Shown here: one piece after another, positions 44,917 through 55,620 of the stretch
Layout: every line of letters starts with the position of its first letter
Numbering within the stretch: position 1 is the stretch's first letter
Source: a virus
Lineage: Duplodnaviria; Caudoviricetes
Virus record (IMG/VR): IMGVR_UViG_3300031134_000004
Location: 128,001 to 192,000 of that record
Reading direction: 5' to 3' (one strand)
DNA: 64,000 nt
Made by a program: the position numbers and the translations under genes
Notes under the pieces: model-generated
What the model was told of the DNA's origin: nothing
Databases searched by the model: none
The model's input: the letters and a program-made list of their open reading frames with translations, nothing else

Positions 44917-46155
44917 ATGTACCAACTCATTTCTGCAATCGCCAAACCACTCGGCGGCGATGGCCACTGGATTAACGTGGAGATCGGTAACGTGCCGATG
45001 CATGTTCTTTATTCCACTTATTCCCGCATCTGGGCTATCTTGTCCAACCCATTTCTACCCACGAACGTAGCGCTTGACGTGGAGTTAATTCGGATTGACC
45101 ACGGCGGTAAATCCACCACCTTTAACGAAGTGCTTGAAAGCATCGGTAGCCACGCGCTGCCAACGACCAAGAAGATTCCTACAATCCAACCACGCTACGC
45201 CAAGTACCAAGACTTGTTCCGGGCTGGTTACCAAGTCTCACCGATCCATCCACATTACTCGCTCGATGCACCAGTGCCAGATGCTGACAGAACTTGGCTT
45301 CACATCACCCGCCCTGAACTGGATCATCAACTGTTCTACAAGAACTGTTTGGTCAACATCAACGGCTTTTACCATTTGACCGATGCAAGTGATGAAGCGG
45401 TGTATGTGGTCGACGGCATGAAGTCGGTTCGCTTGGCGCGTGAAAACCAACTGGGTTTCGTTAGCTTTGCAAGCTTGGGTAACATCAAGCTCGTGCCGAT
45501 TAAAACGGACATGATCTACAAGCAAACTGATGAACAACTGTTTCGTCACACCGCTTACGTCGACCTGAAAGAAGATCTGGAAGGCAAAACCGTAATGCTC
45601 GTGTTGGGTGGTTATCTGCACGCCATCGACAATGCGACCTTTAGCCGGGTTGGCAATTCTTCCTTCATGATCGACTTTGCCAACCTGCCTTTCATCGAGC
45701 GGTACTTGGAGTCCAAGCACTTCATCGATCTGTCTTCGATGAATTTGTCGACAACGGATCGCAACAAGAACCAAGTCTCGTTGGATGAACTCATGGGTGA
45801 CGAAGCGATTACTGCGTACTTGACGCTGTCGCAATCTTTCTTCGTGATTTTGAACCACAACGACATCTTCGCTGAACTCGAACCGATGGAGCCGTCGGTT
45901 ATCCCGAATCTGTTTGTCACTGATGAAGTGCCTATCTACCCAATGGTAACGGGAGTTGGGCGGACAGCGAACTATTGGAGTAAGTTCGATCACGGTAAGT
46001 ACGCACTCTTTACCGGGGAGAACTTGCGGGATCGTCCTTTGCACAAAACGATGCACCCAACAGGTTTGCGTTCGGTAACAGACCAACGTGTTCCATCAAA
46101 GCCTGTCTACTACGCTAACGCAGCGTTCTTTAAGATCGGCACCGACTTGTCTTAA
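44917..46155 (+). CDS. Virion structural protein (phiKZ gp130-like)
   Basis: 412 aa; NCLVNINGFYH and MLVLGGYLH motifs; synteny with the fibre cluster. Confidence 0.55.
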   Translation: MYQLISAIAKPLGGDGHWINVEIGNVPMHVLYSTYSRIWAILSNPFLPTNVALDVELIRIDHGGKSTTFNEVLESIGSHALPTTKKIPTIQPRYAKYQDLFRAGYQVSPIHPHYSLDAPVPDADRTWLHITRPELDHQLFYKNCLVNINGFYHLTDASDEAVYVVDGMKSVRLARENQLGFVSFASLGNIKLVPIKTDMIYKQTDEQLFRHTAYVDLKEDLEGKTVMLVLGGYLHAIDNATFSRVGNSSFMIDFANLPFIERYLESKHFIDLSSMNLSTTDRNKNQVSLDELMGDEAITAYLTLSQSFFVILNHNDIFAELEPMEPSVIPNLFVTDEVPIYPMVTGVGRTANYWSKFDHGKYALFTGENLRDRPLHKTMHPTGLRSVTDQRVPSKPVYYANAAFFKIGTDLS

Positions 46156-46205
46156 CGGCATAAGCCCCCGGCTAGTAAGGCCGGGGGTCTATGACGCCAT
46201 GAGCG

Positions 46206-46808
46206 TTAATTGAGCTTGTCTTGCAGATCCATGAGGGCCGTACGAATGGAAGCGAGGTGGTTGTCGAATTCCTCTTCCTGCATCGCGTCCATCGGACCAT
46301 GGTCTTTGTCGAGCTTACCTTCTGGGCTGATGTAGTACATGAGCACTTCGGTTCCCGGCAACGATTCGATCATGTAGATGCCGTTGGCAATGAGCAGCAA
46401 CTGCGTCTCTTTGGTCCGTGCGTTACGGTAGAACCCTTCTGGCCAACTGAGTATCCGGCCAGTTGGCGTACTCATCAAGCATTCCTCAAATTGAGCAAGC
46501 TTGGGTCCGGCTTCGATAATGCCAGTGCCGCCATCAATTGCAGTAGGCGACAAGTAAAGACGCAGCAGCGTAGCGAGCTTTTGCTGCCGATCAGTGTGGA
46601 TTGCTTTGTCCATATCGAGCTGACGCTTAGCCTCGAGTTGGGCGAGCATCTCTTGCATCTCTTCTGGACTTGTACTGGTCACGTCAACCGTGGTGCCAAA
46701 CTGTTGTTTAACCAACAGCGTCAATTCCTTCAGCTCTTGCTGAAAGAGATCCGCAAACTGGTGTAAGCGGACCATGCGCTGCAGAATTGTCTGTTCGCTC
46801 TCTTTCAT
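46206..46808 (-). CDS. Hypothetical protein
   Basis: RBS aaggag, 200 aa. Confidence 0.7.
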   Translation of the reverse strand: MKESEQTILQRMVRLHQFADLFQQELKELTLLVKQQFGTTVDVTSTSPEEMQEMLAQLEAKRQLDMDKAIHTDRQQKLATLLRLYLSPTAIDGGTGIIEAGPKLAQFEECLMSTPTGRILSWPEGFYRNARTKETQLLLIANGIYMIESLPGTEVLMYYISPEGKLDKDHGPMDAMQEEEFDNHLASIRTALMDLQDKLN

Positions 46809-46820
46809 GTTACTCCTTTT

Positions 46821-49388
46821 CTAGTATTCGATGGTGACGTGCTGGTTGTATTTCGATTCAGCAGGGGTGGTAATGTTGTTGGGACAGGTTACGCAGATCT
46901 CGGCGTTGGTAAAGGAACCGTGGGTGGACTCGTAGTGGGAGATCATGAACAGCTGGGTAAATGGCTTTTGGTCGAGCAAGGATTTGATGACATGCATCGC
47001 TTGGGTACGGTGCACTTCGTCAAACGTCTTACCGAATTCATCCATGTACAGTGGCGACTCTTGCAGACCCAAGTAAAACATGGCGGTCACTTTAAACGCC
47101 AAGTCCACAATTTCAATCATGCCACTAGAACCCTTAGACACGTCTGAGACCACATTCGATTCCTTATTCACCATGAGGGGGAACTTGTAATCGAGTTCAG
47201 CACCAGTACTACCTGCAACACCACAGTCAAGCACCTTTAACGGATACGCCCAGATCTTGCGGATAAGCGTATTCATCTGGCTATTGAATTTGCGGATGAA
47301 GCCAAAGAGTCCTTCAGCGATCAATCCGTCCGTGGGGGACAGTTCCACAACCAGTGCCTTGGCCGCTTCTTCTTCAGTTGTCAAGCGCTTGATCTCGTTT
47401 TCCAAGCTCACGATCAAAGCACGTTGGGTATTGGCAGCGTTGAGCGTGTCTTGCTTAACAGCGAGCGTGTGGGACAGTTTGTCGATGCAATGGCTAAGCG
47501 TTTCACGACGCATCATCTCAACCATGTCAGCGGTGCACTTTTCTGCCCCTACCATTAAATCCTTGATCTTCTTAGACAGCGATTCGGCTTCCATTACTTG
47601 CGAGCGATACCGCATGTAGTTACCGATCTTGCCCCGCAATTCTGTCAACGCTGCCGTCATGGTGCTAATCTGTAACGAGCAATCATCGAGCTTGTGCTTG
47701 GTGTCAGTCAAATCTGCATCACCGACTTTCTGCGCTGACTCGATCAACTTCATCGTCTCAAGGATACTGTCCTCAATCTTAGCTGCTTGACGCTCCAACT
47801 CCAAGTCAGCACGAAACACACCCATCTCAGACAAAGCTTTGCGTGGACTGGTAATGACGTAATCGGACTCGGTCAGGTAATTCCAAAACGGTTGCAAGAC
47901 GGGCCAGTTACGCACGCAGTTCATGTAGTCGCGGTACATGGTGCTGTACTCTTGGATCTTAACGATCTCTTCGTGTACATCGACCACTTGCTTATCAATC
48001 GCCACCATCTCATCTTCCAGCGTTTGGATGTGAGCGTTGTATTCTGCAATGCGACCAGCATCGTATCCGGGACGCCAACTGTGCACACACTTCGGACAGG
48101 TAATGGCTTCAGCATCCTTGTGGGATTCCAAATGCGAACGACGAGCAATAATCATCGTTTGCTTTTGCAGCTTTTGTGCCCGCTCATGCTTGAGCTTATC
48201 GTGCTGCTCTTGCAGTTCTTGTAAGCGTACCCGCGAATAGCGCTTGTCTTCATTTGAAGGAATCGCACTAAAGACTTCCGTTAAGATGTCTTGCACCGAA
48301 TTTAATGCACTGATCGCATCACGCGCATTGATGCCTTCGATGTGGAGCTTACGACGCGACAAGACCTCATCGCGTTCTTGCCGTTGCACCCGCATCTTCT
48401 CTTGCAGGGACGCCACACCTTCTTTACCAGTACGCTCAAGAATCGCCACCATCTCTTCAAGCTTGGTATGTTCTTGCACCGCTTTGTTAATAAGCGTTTC
48501 TTTGGACGTGGCTTCGTGACGCAGTTGGTCTACCAGACTGTCAATGTCTTCGATTGAGGAAAACACAGGGTAAATCAATTCACGCCATTCGTCTCGCTCG
48601 ACTGGCCGACGTGGGTCAATCGAGTAAGGGTCCGTGACACCGTAAGGCGCCGCTACTTTCAGCCGCACCAAGCGTTGGGACAGGCGATGCAGTTCATCTA
48701 AGATACTGCGTTGGTTTTCTTGGTACGTCGAGACAGGTCGGTCAAGTGGTGCTGACTGCGAAATGAGAAGACGCAATTCCTTGGTCGTCTCTTCCACGTC
48801 TTTACGAAGCCGCCCTTCTTCTTCAGCGCTAATGATCTTGGCTGTCTCGATAACGATACGCTTTTTGTTGTTACGCAAAGCACCGGTCGTATCGCGACTA
48901 TAGTCTTTGAGCTTACCGAAGATCGACAAGGCAAAGTCGTAACTGATGTCTGATAAACGCGTGAACCATTCACGACGCTTTGTTGCCCCCATTTGCGTGA
49001 AGGTGATTTCATCCGTCAAAAGTTTGTGCACATCAGGAGTGAGGTTAAATTCTTTCTCACACAGCGTCATGAACGCGCCGACCGTGCCACCTGGGTTTTG
49101 TTCTTCCCCGTCTTTGACGAACGAGTGGTGTGGGGTCTTTTGTTCAAACGTGGACTTTAAAGCGTAGTCGCTACCCCGGTGTTCTATTTCTATGAATTTC
49201 CAGCCATTCTTACGAAAGTCTTCTTTATCAGGAGGAAGTGGGGTGAGCATCTTGACGATCGAACTCTTTCCACTGCCATTGCTGCCCAAAATCAATTGGA
49301 CGAGTTGCTTAGGGCGAATCACAAAACGCTGAATGCTTTTGGTATTCAGACGATTGCATTCGACCAATTCGAGCGACTTAATCCGCAC
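46821..49388 (-). CDS. sbcC: SbcC/Rad50-like SMC ATPase
   Basis: Walker A GSNGSGKS, long coiled coil, CPKC zinc hook, signature SKGSSG, Walker B LYMDEFG, ISH. Confidence 0.92.
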   Translation of the reverse strand: MRIKSLELVECNRLNTKSIQRFVIRPKQLVQLILGSNGSGKSSIVKMLTPLPPDKEDFRKNGWKFIEIEHRGSDYALKSTFEQKTPHHSFVKDGEEQNPGGTVGAFMTLCEKEFNLTPDVHKLLTDEITFTQMGATKRREWFTRLSDISYDFALSIFGKLKDYSRDTTGALRNNKKRIVIETAKIISAEEEGRLRKDVEETTKELRLLISQSAPLDRPVSTYQENQRSILDELHRLSQRLVRLKVAAPYGVTDPYSIDPRRPVERDEWRELIYPVFSSIEDIDSLVDQLRHEATSKETLINKAVQEHTKLEEMVAILERTGKEGVASLQEKMRVQRQERDEVLSRRKLHIEGINARDAISALNSVQDILTEVFSAIPSNEDKRYSRVRLQELQEQHDKLKHERAQKLQKQTMIIARRSHLESHKDAEAITCPKCVHSWRPGYDAGRIAEYNAHIQTLEDEMVAIDKQVVDVHEEIVKIQEYSTMYRDYMNCVRNWPVLQPFWNYLTESDYVITSPRKALSEMGVFRADLELERQAAKIEDSILETMKLIESAQKVGDADLTDTKHKLDDCSLQISTMTAALTELRGKIGNYMRYRSQVMEAESLSKKIKDLMVGAEKCTADMVEMMRRETLSHCIDKLSHTLAVKQDTLNAANTQRALIVSLENEIKRLTTEEEAAKALVVELSPTDGLIAEGLFGFIRKFNSQMNTLIRKIWAYPLKVLDCGVAGSTGAELDYKFPLMVNKESNVVSDVSKGSSGMIEIVDLAFKVTAMFYLGLQESPLYMDEFGKTFDEVHRTQAMHVIKSLLDQKPFTQLFMISHYESTHGSFTNAEICVTCPNNITTPAESKYNQHVTIEY

Positions 49389-49459
49389 AGAAAACTCCTA
49401 GTAGTCGTTAATCAAAGAATGAGCCGGGCAAGTATTTTTACGAATAAATAAGGTTAGCC

Positions 49460-50386
49460 ATGGATATCTCTAAACTGCGGTTCTATTCTATCGGCACGGT
49501 TGCTGAGAATAAACTGCCGGGCAGTAACACGATTGAAGTCGTGGCATTAGAAGTAACGTCGTTTGTGGATGGGGAACTTACCAGTAACGTGGACATGAGT
49601 AAGACCAGTGCTACAGACGCCAATGGTGAATCGTACCAGTGTGAAGTAGAAACAACGGTGACGTTGCCCGCTACGTGGTTAGCGATCGGGCAAAGTAACC
49701 GCTTAACCGCCCCTGACGTAGAGCGTGGTGCAACGGTGGTACTGTACCGCTTAGGAAATGACGACACCATCTGGTGGACGACACTCCAAAACGACATGCA
49801 TTTGCGGCGCTTGGAAACGGTGATCTTCGGAATCAAAGCGACCAAGAAACTGGACGAAGAACCTAACGCTAACAACATGTACTGGATTGAATGGTCTTCC
49901 CACAAGAAGCTCATTCACTTACACACATCCAAAGCCGATGGTGAATTTTGTACGTACGACTTCCAGATCGATACCAAGAATGGCAAGGTAGCCTGGCAAG
50001 ACGACGTGGGTAATGAATTTTGCTTTGACTCGAAAGAGCGGCGCATCGAAATGCTCAATGCTGATGGTTCGCACATCGACATGAACAAAACGAAGATCCG
50101 CATCTTTGCCAAAGACCAAATCGACATCGAATCGAAAGTCATTAACTTGACAGCCGGTGAGACAATCAACGAGAAATCGAAGACGCACAACGTCGAGTCG
50201 ACCAAAATCAATATCAAAGCGAGCACCGTGGCAAGCGTGGCAACGTGGAGTCACAAAGGCACGATGGCATCGACCGGTATCATCAAGAGTGATGAAGATG
50301 TTAAAGCAGGCGACATCTCCCTTACAAAACACCGTCACACCGGTGTGCGTGGTGGTAGCGACACGAGTGCAGGTCCTGTGGCATAA
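49460..50386 (+). CDS. Baseplate central spike (gpV-like; phiKZ gp164-like)
   Basis: OB-like N-terminus, beta-helix-like repeats and C-terminal SLTKHRHTGV (HxH metal tip). Confidence 0.8.
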   Translation: MDISKLRFYSIGTVAENKLPGSNTIEVVALEVTSFVDGELTSNVDMSKTSATDANGESYQCEVETTVTLPATWLAIGQSNRLTAPDVERGATVVLYRLGNDDTIWWTTLQNDMHLRRLETVIFGIKATKKLDEEPNANNMYWIEWSSHKKLIHLHTSKADGEFCTYDFQIDTKNGKVAWQDDVGNEFCFDSKERRIEMLNADGSHIDMNKTKIRIFAKDQIDIESKVINLTAGETINEKSKTHNVESTKINIKASTVASVATWSHKGTMASTGIIKSDEDVKAGDISLTKHRHTGVRGGSDTSAGPVA

Positions 50387-50430
50387 CGTCATAAGCCCCC
50401 GGCTCAAGTGGCCGGGGGTGTATGCCGCCA

Positions 50431-51051
50431 TTAGCGGGCAGGAGGCAAACTCCTGATGAACGTTTCCAACTCAGCGATCTTTTCCTGGGCTGATTCGAGT
50501 TGTCGTTGGGCTTGCACGTACTTGGTGTAGTCCGTAATTACCACATCGATTTTCGATTGGCGGGCTGACTCGACGATCTTGGCTTGGTCAACGGTAAGCA
50601 GGGTTGGCAAAGACAACGCGACAAGCTGCGTAACAGCATCCACACCCAATAGTTCAAGTACATCGTCAGAGATCTTTTGTTTGACCACGGACAAGTCTTG
50701 ACTATTAGGTAGCGCACCGAGCTTAATGGTGAGCATGAGGGCAGTGTATGGCACACCACCGACTTCTGGGTGACCCAAGATAAAGGTACTTGGCACTTGG
50801 ACAGCATCGTAGCCTGCCGCTTCGAGTGTGACGATCGTAGCGTTGGTCGATGCATCGCGTGCAAAGTCTTCATCGGTCAATCCATACGGGGTGTAGAACT
50901 GTTCTTGCGGATTACCACCACCACCTGTGATCTCCGAGAGCTTACGCAGCGCTGTGCATGCGTAAGACACTTGTGGCACCATGAGCGTATCGAACGGTGC
51001 TTTCAGTTGGTAGATTCCCGCCGTACCGTACGTTGGGATGAATTCGCTCAT
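50431..51051 (-). CDS. Hypothetical, probable virion protein
   Basis: 206 aa; GIYQLKAPF; C-terminal coiled coil. Confidence 0.6.
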   Translation of the reverse strand: MSEFIPTYGTAGIYQLKAPFDTLMVPQVSYACTALRKLSEITGGGGNPQEQFYTPYGLTDEDFARDASTNATIVTLEAAGYDAVQVPSTFILGHPEVGGVPYTALMLTIKLGALPNSQDLSVVKQKISDDVLELLGVDAVTQLVALSLPTLLTVDQAKIVESARQSKIDVVITDYTKYVQAQRQLESAQEKIAELETFIRSLPPAR

Positions 51052-52385
51052 TGCAACACTTCCACCGGCGCGGCTGGTGCGTTGAAGTTCATCTTAGCAG
51101 CCACGAGGTAATTGATGTTCTCGTAGCGTGCTGCCAGATAAAGCACACCGTTACGCGTGAGCTTACTCATCTCCAGTGGGATGGACGTGTACTGCCCCAT
51201 CTTTTCCGCTTCGATCAACATGCGGTGCAAGAGCTTGGCCCAGTTCTGCGTCTTCAAGCTCATACGGCCAAAGTCACTGCTCGTAGTCGAGACAGCAATG
51301 TAGTCCGAGAAGATATCGAGCAGCTCGTAGAGTTGGTCACGGTTGTCGACACTACCGATCACTGCCAGAGCAAGCGATTTGAACGGATGGTGCGTCACGT
51401 TCAAGTGTTCATCAATATGAGCACCTGGGTAGCTCGAGACGACTTGCTTGATGAGTGCAGGCACGCTCTTCAAGTTAGTCGTTGGCGAGTGTATGCCTGC
51501 TTGCAACGTACGCTCAGCAATAGCGTAGTTGCGCCACATTGGCACGATGATGAATTCCGTGCGACGGAACAAGTCCGGCAGGATCTTAATCCACTCTTCC
51601 CGCGTGCGGGTGCTGTTGGTGAGCAAGTGCTCGACGATCGCATCGTTGATGTTGTCGATGTTGTCGCCCGCAGCGCCGTAGATCAGAACGTGAAACGGTG
51701 CTTGTGCTTTGAGCCGGCTCTCGTACGGATCATGGTAATCGTACGATTCAGCGCGGATGGTCGTCTCTGGATAACCGCCCTTGGCTTCTTGCACAGCGTA
51801 CATGACGTCGCGGGCAGTGCGGGCCGAGAGCATCTTGACCACATCGTCGCCGACTTTGAAGAATTCTTCGAGGTTGTCCGTTGGGGGAATGACGACAATT
51901 TCAAAGCCATCATACTGACGACGAAACGCATCGTCGCATGTCCAGACCTTGATGTAGTTCTCACCAGTGATACCTGGAACATCGCGTGCTTTCCAAGCCA
52001 CCGATTCAGGCATCCAGTAACCGTTGTTGTCCTCGACCATTTCGCCAAGTTCAAAGCTCTCAGCGCGGTCCGAGAACTTCAGGAGCAAACTGGCGTACAG
52101 TTCGTCCGTATAGAGTTCACCAGCCACAGCCAAGCTGCTGTCGTAGATGAACTTCAAGATACCAGCGATATGATCCACCTGCTCCTGGGTCAGTACCGCG
52201 TGCTCTGCGTTATTTGCCGTGGTGAAGGTGAACAACTCCATCTCCGCTGACAAGTTTGACTTGTAGATGCCTTTTTCACGGGCATAAGTCAATGCAAGAG
52301 TCGAAATTTCACCGAACGCTGCAACTTCACCGAAGGTGTTGTCAGCGAATCGGGAGTGAGGCATGAAGCCTTTAATTACCAACAT
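51048..52385 (-). CDS. Probable virion (head) protein (phiKZ gp162-like)
   Basis: RBS aggag, ATG 52385; AAFGEISTLALTY and W..ILPDLF..TEF.IVP.W motifs. Confidence 0.6.
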   Translation of the reverse strand: MLVIKGFMPHSRFADNTFGEVAAFGEISTLALTYAREKGIYKSNLSAEMELFTFTTANNAEHAVLTQEQVDHIAGILKFIYDSSLAVAGELYTDELYASLLLKFSDRAESFELGEMVEDNNGYWMPESVAWKARDVPGITGENYIKVWTCDDAFRRQYDGFEIVVIPPTDNLEEFFKVGDDVVKMLSARTARDVMYAVQEAKGGYPETTIRAESYDYHDPYESRLKAQAPFHVLIYGAAGDNIDNINDAIVEHLLTNSTRTREEWIKILPDLFRRTEFIIVPMWRNYAIAERTLQAGIHSPTTNLKSVPALIKQVVSSYPGAHIDEHLNVTHHPFKSLALAVIGSVDNRDQLYELLDIFSDYIAVSTTSSDFGRMSLKTQNWAKLLHRMLIEAEKMGQYTSIPLEMSKLTRNGVLYLAARYENINYLVAAKMNFNAPAAPVEVLQ

Positions 52386-52499
52386 GATTTCTCCTGCGAT
52401 ACGCACGATACGCTTGACGTAACGGTGCGTTTTCTGTTAGACAATTCGTTTCATTATGGTTATAATGAACCTATAAAATACGTCGGAAAAAGGACTACT

Positions 52500-52982
52500 A
52501 TGTCACTTATTAAAATCTTCCTATTCATCTGGCCTTTCATTAAGGAAATGGTGCTGGGTGAAAAATCGATGCGTGAAGCTGCGCGCGATAACAAAATGAA
52601 AGTGTTGCTGGCCATTGTGCTCTCGTGCTCTTTGGTGGTGAACATCTTTTCAGTGAACCGGCTGTGGACGCTCTCGCAAGAGTATCTGGATTTGCGTAAG
52701 GAGCATGCGCTCTTGGACGGCAAATACAAGAAGATTGCTTCGGGTGAACACAGTCCCCTCAAACCTGTGGCAGCCATTCGACCACCGCAAGTGATTGATG
52801 AATCGCCTGACGCACCAGTTACAAAGAAGCCAGCTAAGAAGCACAAATCCAAAAAGACCACTCACACGGAACCGGAGGATATCGACGACATCAATGCTGA
52901 ACGTATTCGTCAATTGAAACAAGACTTCGAGAAGATTAAACAACGTGAAGAAAGCCACAACAAAACTGTGGCCAGCCATTAA
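52500..52982 (+). CDS. Membrane-anchored coiled-coil protein
   Basis: RBS aagga, ATG 52500; TM VLLAIVLSCSLVVNIFSV followed by a coiled coil. Confidence 0.65.
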   Translation: MSLIKIFLFIWPFIKEMVLGEKSMREAARDNKMKVLLAIVLSCSLVVNIFSVNRLWTLSQEYLDLRKEHALLDGKYKKIASGEHSPLKPVAAIRPPQVIDESPDAPVTKKPAKKHKSKKTTHTEPEDIDDINAERIRQLKQDFEKIKQREESHNKTVASH

Positions 52983-52997
52983 TACGAGGAACTGATC

Positions 52998-53396
52998 ATG
53001 AAACGACCTTACGCAATTGCTTTGATGATTGTCGCGATGACTTTCATTAGTAGCTGCAATAGCTTTAACCACTACGTGCTGCCAAACACACCCACACCTA
53101 CCATCATTGCACCAGCGCCTGCGCCAACGCACAATGTTGCTGTGGAGAGCAGTCTGAGTAAGCAGTGCGAGATGTACATCTTGCCTGCTTTCACGGGTAC
53201 GCCGGATTTGCCGTTTGATGAAATCTTGGCAGCCGATAAGGATAACCCCAAGTCGCTTGACAAGATTAACAGCAAACATATCTCAGAACTGCGTGATTAC
53301 ATTGCGCGGTTTAAGTCCGACATCCGGGCATCGCACAACGAATACTTGCGTCGCTGCTACCGGGATCACGGCATTCGTTACCCTGGCGAGAAGTAA
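52998..53396 (+). CDS. Lipoprotein
   Basis: Signal peptide ending ISSC; Pro-rich linker; two further Cys. Confidence 0.65.
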   Translation: MKRPYAIALMIVAMTFISSCNSFNHYVLPNTPTPTIIAPAPAPTHNVAVESSLSKQCEMYILPAFTGTPDLPFDEILAADKDNPKSLDKINSKHISELRDYIARFKSDIRASHNEYLRRCYRDHGIRYPGEK

Positions 53397-53454
53397 CGGC
53401 GCTTTTTTACGAGGCTGGCTCATCCTGTAGTTGACACTCATTGGAGAAGATTGC

Positions 53455-55062
53455 ATGGCTCAGGATACCATTTTGCCTACCGAAGTAACACAGGGCATGG
53501 TCGCATACACGGACGGCGGCGCACGTCCTACCAATCCCGGTTATGCGGGATCGGGCATTCACGGCTACCTGTATTTGGCTGAACCGCCAAAGAAACCAGC
53601 TGGCGTACCGGATCACATCGTGACGATGCGTGGCTACGTTGCCAAGACCGACGCACAAACACAACCGAAAGCGGTGAAAGAAGAACTCGGCATCACGGGC
53701 GAGATGGCACCAGCACCGGGTGGCAAAGAACGCCGCAGTTACGACCGTATCATCGAAGTCACGCCAGTGCACTACTTCGACATCTACGCAGCTTACGACG
53801 ACCCGAAGACGAGCAACAACGCGGCTGAAATGAGTGCGGCGAAGTTCGCCATGCTCCACGCGCTGGACTACGACGTCAAAGAACTGCAAATCCTCTCGGA
53901 CAGTGAATATACCTGCAAGGGGATGAACGAGTGGGTCAAGGATTGGAAAGGCAACAACTGGCAAAAGGCCAGCGGTGAAATTCCCAAGAACGTCGAACTG
54001 TGGAAAGAACTGGAAGAAGTGCGTGAGCGTCTCGTGCAACGGGGCATTCGTGTTCGCTTTAACTGGGTCAAGGCGCACACCAAGATCAGTGACGAACTGT
54101 TCCACCTCGGTAACAACATGGCGGACTGCTTGGCCACCATCGGTTGCATTGCTTCGATGCGCCTGCAAGAGTCGCGTGTGGTCAAGAGTGTTCGGGTGGC
54201 TGAAGGCTATTGGAAGTACAGTGTCGATAAGCATCCATTCATCTCGCATCGCCGGATGTATTTCAACACGATGCGTGAACACTTGATCCCTGGTGAATAC
54301 TACCTGGGCGACCATGGCAAGGATGACGACCTGCTCGGTAAGCGCACGAGCGATGGTTCGTTTGCCGTTGTCATGCTCGAACAACCCGATCCTGTTCTTG
54401 AAGGTTTGCGGATGTTCCAATCTGATCTGGCAGAAGGCACTGACCAGATTATCTTTGCCCGACTCGATTCACTATACCGGGCAGAGACGCATCGCCAACT
54501 GGCAGAATACGGTATGCTCGCTACCGAACAAGCCAACAAGTACCGTCTCGATCTGCGCTGCATTGACAAGGAACCGTTGACCCGTCAGTGCCAGCCAGCC
54601 AAGCTTGCCATGCGTGCTGTAGACTCAGTTAGTCTGCTCGCGGCAAAACTGCATCAGTATCTGCGCGGTGACGCAAATGTCATTGTAACGAATCTGACGC
54701 CTATACTCTATGAGACCACCGGCAAAGTCAATAAGAAAGGGGAGACCCTAACTGAGATGAAGCTGAAGGCTGAGTACAACGTGGGTTACGCAGCCTTAAA
54801 TGTCGACGCTTACTACGCTTGCGGTGATGTGAAGGATGAGCTTAAAGCAGCTCCCATCACGCTCACGCTTGGCATTGACATGCTGGATCGGAATTCTCTG
54901 AAACGGCTGGAAGATCGCAATCCTAAAGTATCCTTGATTACGTGGCGGGAATCTCCTACGGTTTTCCGTTACGCTACGGTTGTCGAATGTGGCAACGACA
55001 AAGGTATTTGGGCGGGCGTGTACTCCAACATGCGTGTGGTCTCGGAAAAAGTAGCGAAGTAA
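53455..55062 (+). CDS. rnhA: RNase HI with large C-terminal extension
   Basis: YTDGG, NNAAEM, LSDSEY, WVKAH, GNNMAD: RNase HI catalytic residues in order. Confidence 0.9.
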   Translation: MAQDTILPTEVTQGMVAYTDGGARPTNPGYAGSGIHGYLYLAEPPKKPAGVPDHIVTMRGYVAKTDAQTQPKAVKEELGITGEMAPAPGGKERRSYDRIIEVTPVHYFDIYAAYDDPKTSNNAAEMSAAKFAMLHALDYDVKELQILSDSEYTCKGMNEWVKDWKGNNWQKASGEIPKNVELWKELEEVRERLVQRGIRVRFNWVKAHTKISDELFHLGNNMADCLATIGCIASMRLQESRVVKSVRVAEGYWKYSVDKHPFISHRRMYFNTMREHLIPGEYYLGDHGKDDDLLGKRTSDGSFAVVMLEQPDPVLEGLRMFQSDLAEGTDQIIFARLDSLYRAETHRQLAEYGMLATEQANKYRLDLRCIDKEPLTRQCQPAKLAMRAVDSVSLLAAKLHQYLRGDANVIVTNLTPILYETTGKVNKKGETLTEMKLKAEYNVGYAALNVDAYYACGDVKDELKAAPITLTLGIDMLDRNSLKRLEDRNPKVSLITWRESPTVFRYATVVECGNDKGIWAGVYSNMRVVSEKVAK

Positions 55063-55126
55063 CATTCCTTTAACCATTTGTATTGGGCACTCCTCGTAGG
55101 GGGTGCTCGCCCCCACAGGAGTATCC

Positions 55127-55549
55127 ATGACTATGTCAGGATTAAGTTGTGCCATCAAGGGTTGCTTTGGCAACTTCTTGGAAAAGCACTTACCCAACCG
55201 CACTAAGCGGATGATGTTTATTGCTTCCCTTAGTGCACGTCTCAAAGGAACGGAAACTTTCGATAACATCACGCTGCTCAAACTCAATCAAGTAATGGCG
55301 CTGAGCAATACCGAATCAGCGCTGAAGTTGCCAGTCCAGCTAAGTCGCGCAATCTGGCGCGGGAGGTCCTCGTATGAGATCTTCAATGCCGATGTGCAGA
55401 AGGAGTCAACCCAACCATCTCGCATCAAAGACATGGCTGTACAGGCCGCTGGCAGCATGCCTGCTTGGCTGCGTTACGACAAAAACGAAGGCATCGAAGA
55501 CGATGTCGTCCTTTTGCTCAACAACAGCAAAGTTGTTCTCGGGGTCTAA
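55127..55549 (+). CDS. Hypothetical protein
   Basis: RBS aggag, ATG 55127. Confidence 0.6.
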   Translation: MTMSGLSCAIKGCFGNFLEKHLPNRTKRMMFIASLSARLKGTETFDNITLLKLNQVMALSNTESALKLPVQLSRAIWRGRSSYEIFNADVQKESTQPSRIKDMAVQAAGSMPAWLRYDKNEGIEDDVVLLLNNSKVVLGV

Positions 55550-55620
55550 GTCCCTTGCGTCATAAACCCTACCCGTGCCTCACAAGCATCGGGTAGGGTC
55601 CTATGCCCGTAAAACGGGAG

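Noticed and set aside
46821-49388. SbcC without an adjacent SbcD as a novel orphan system
   Set aside because: To my knowledge the nuclease partner is encoded elsewhere in phiKZ-like genomes, so it probably lies outside this window.
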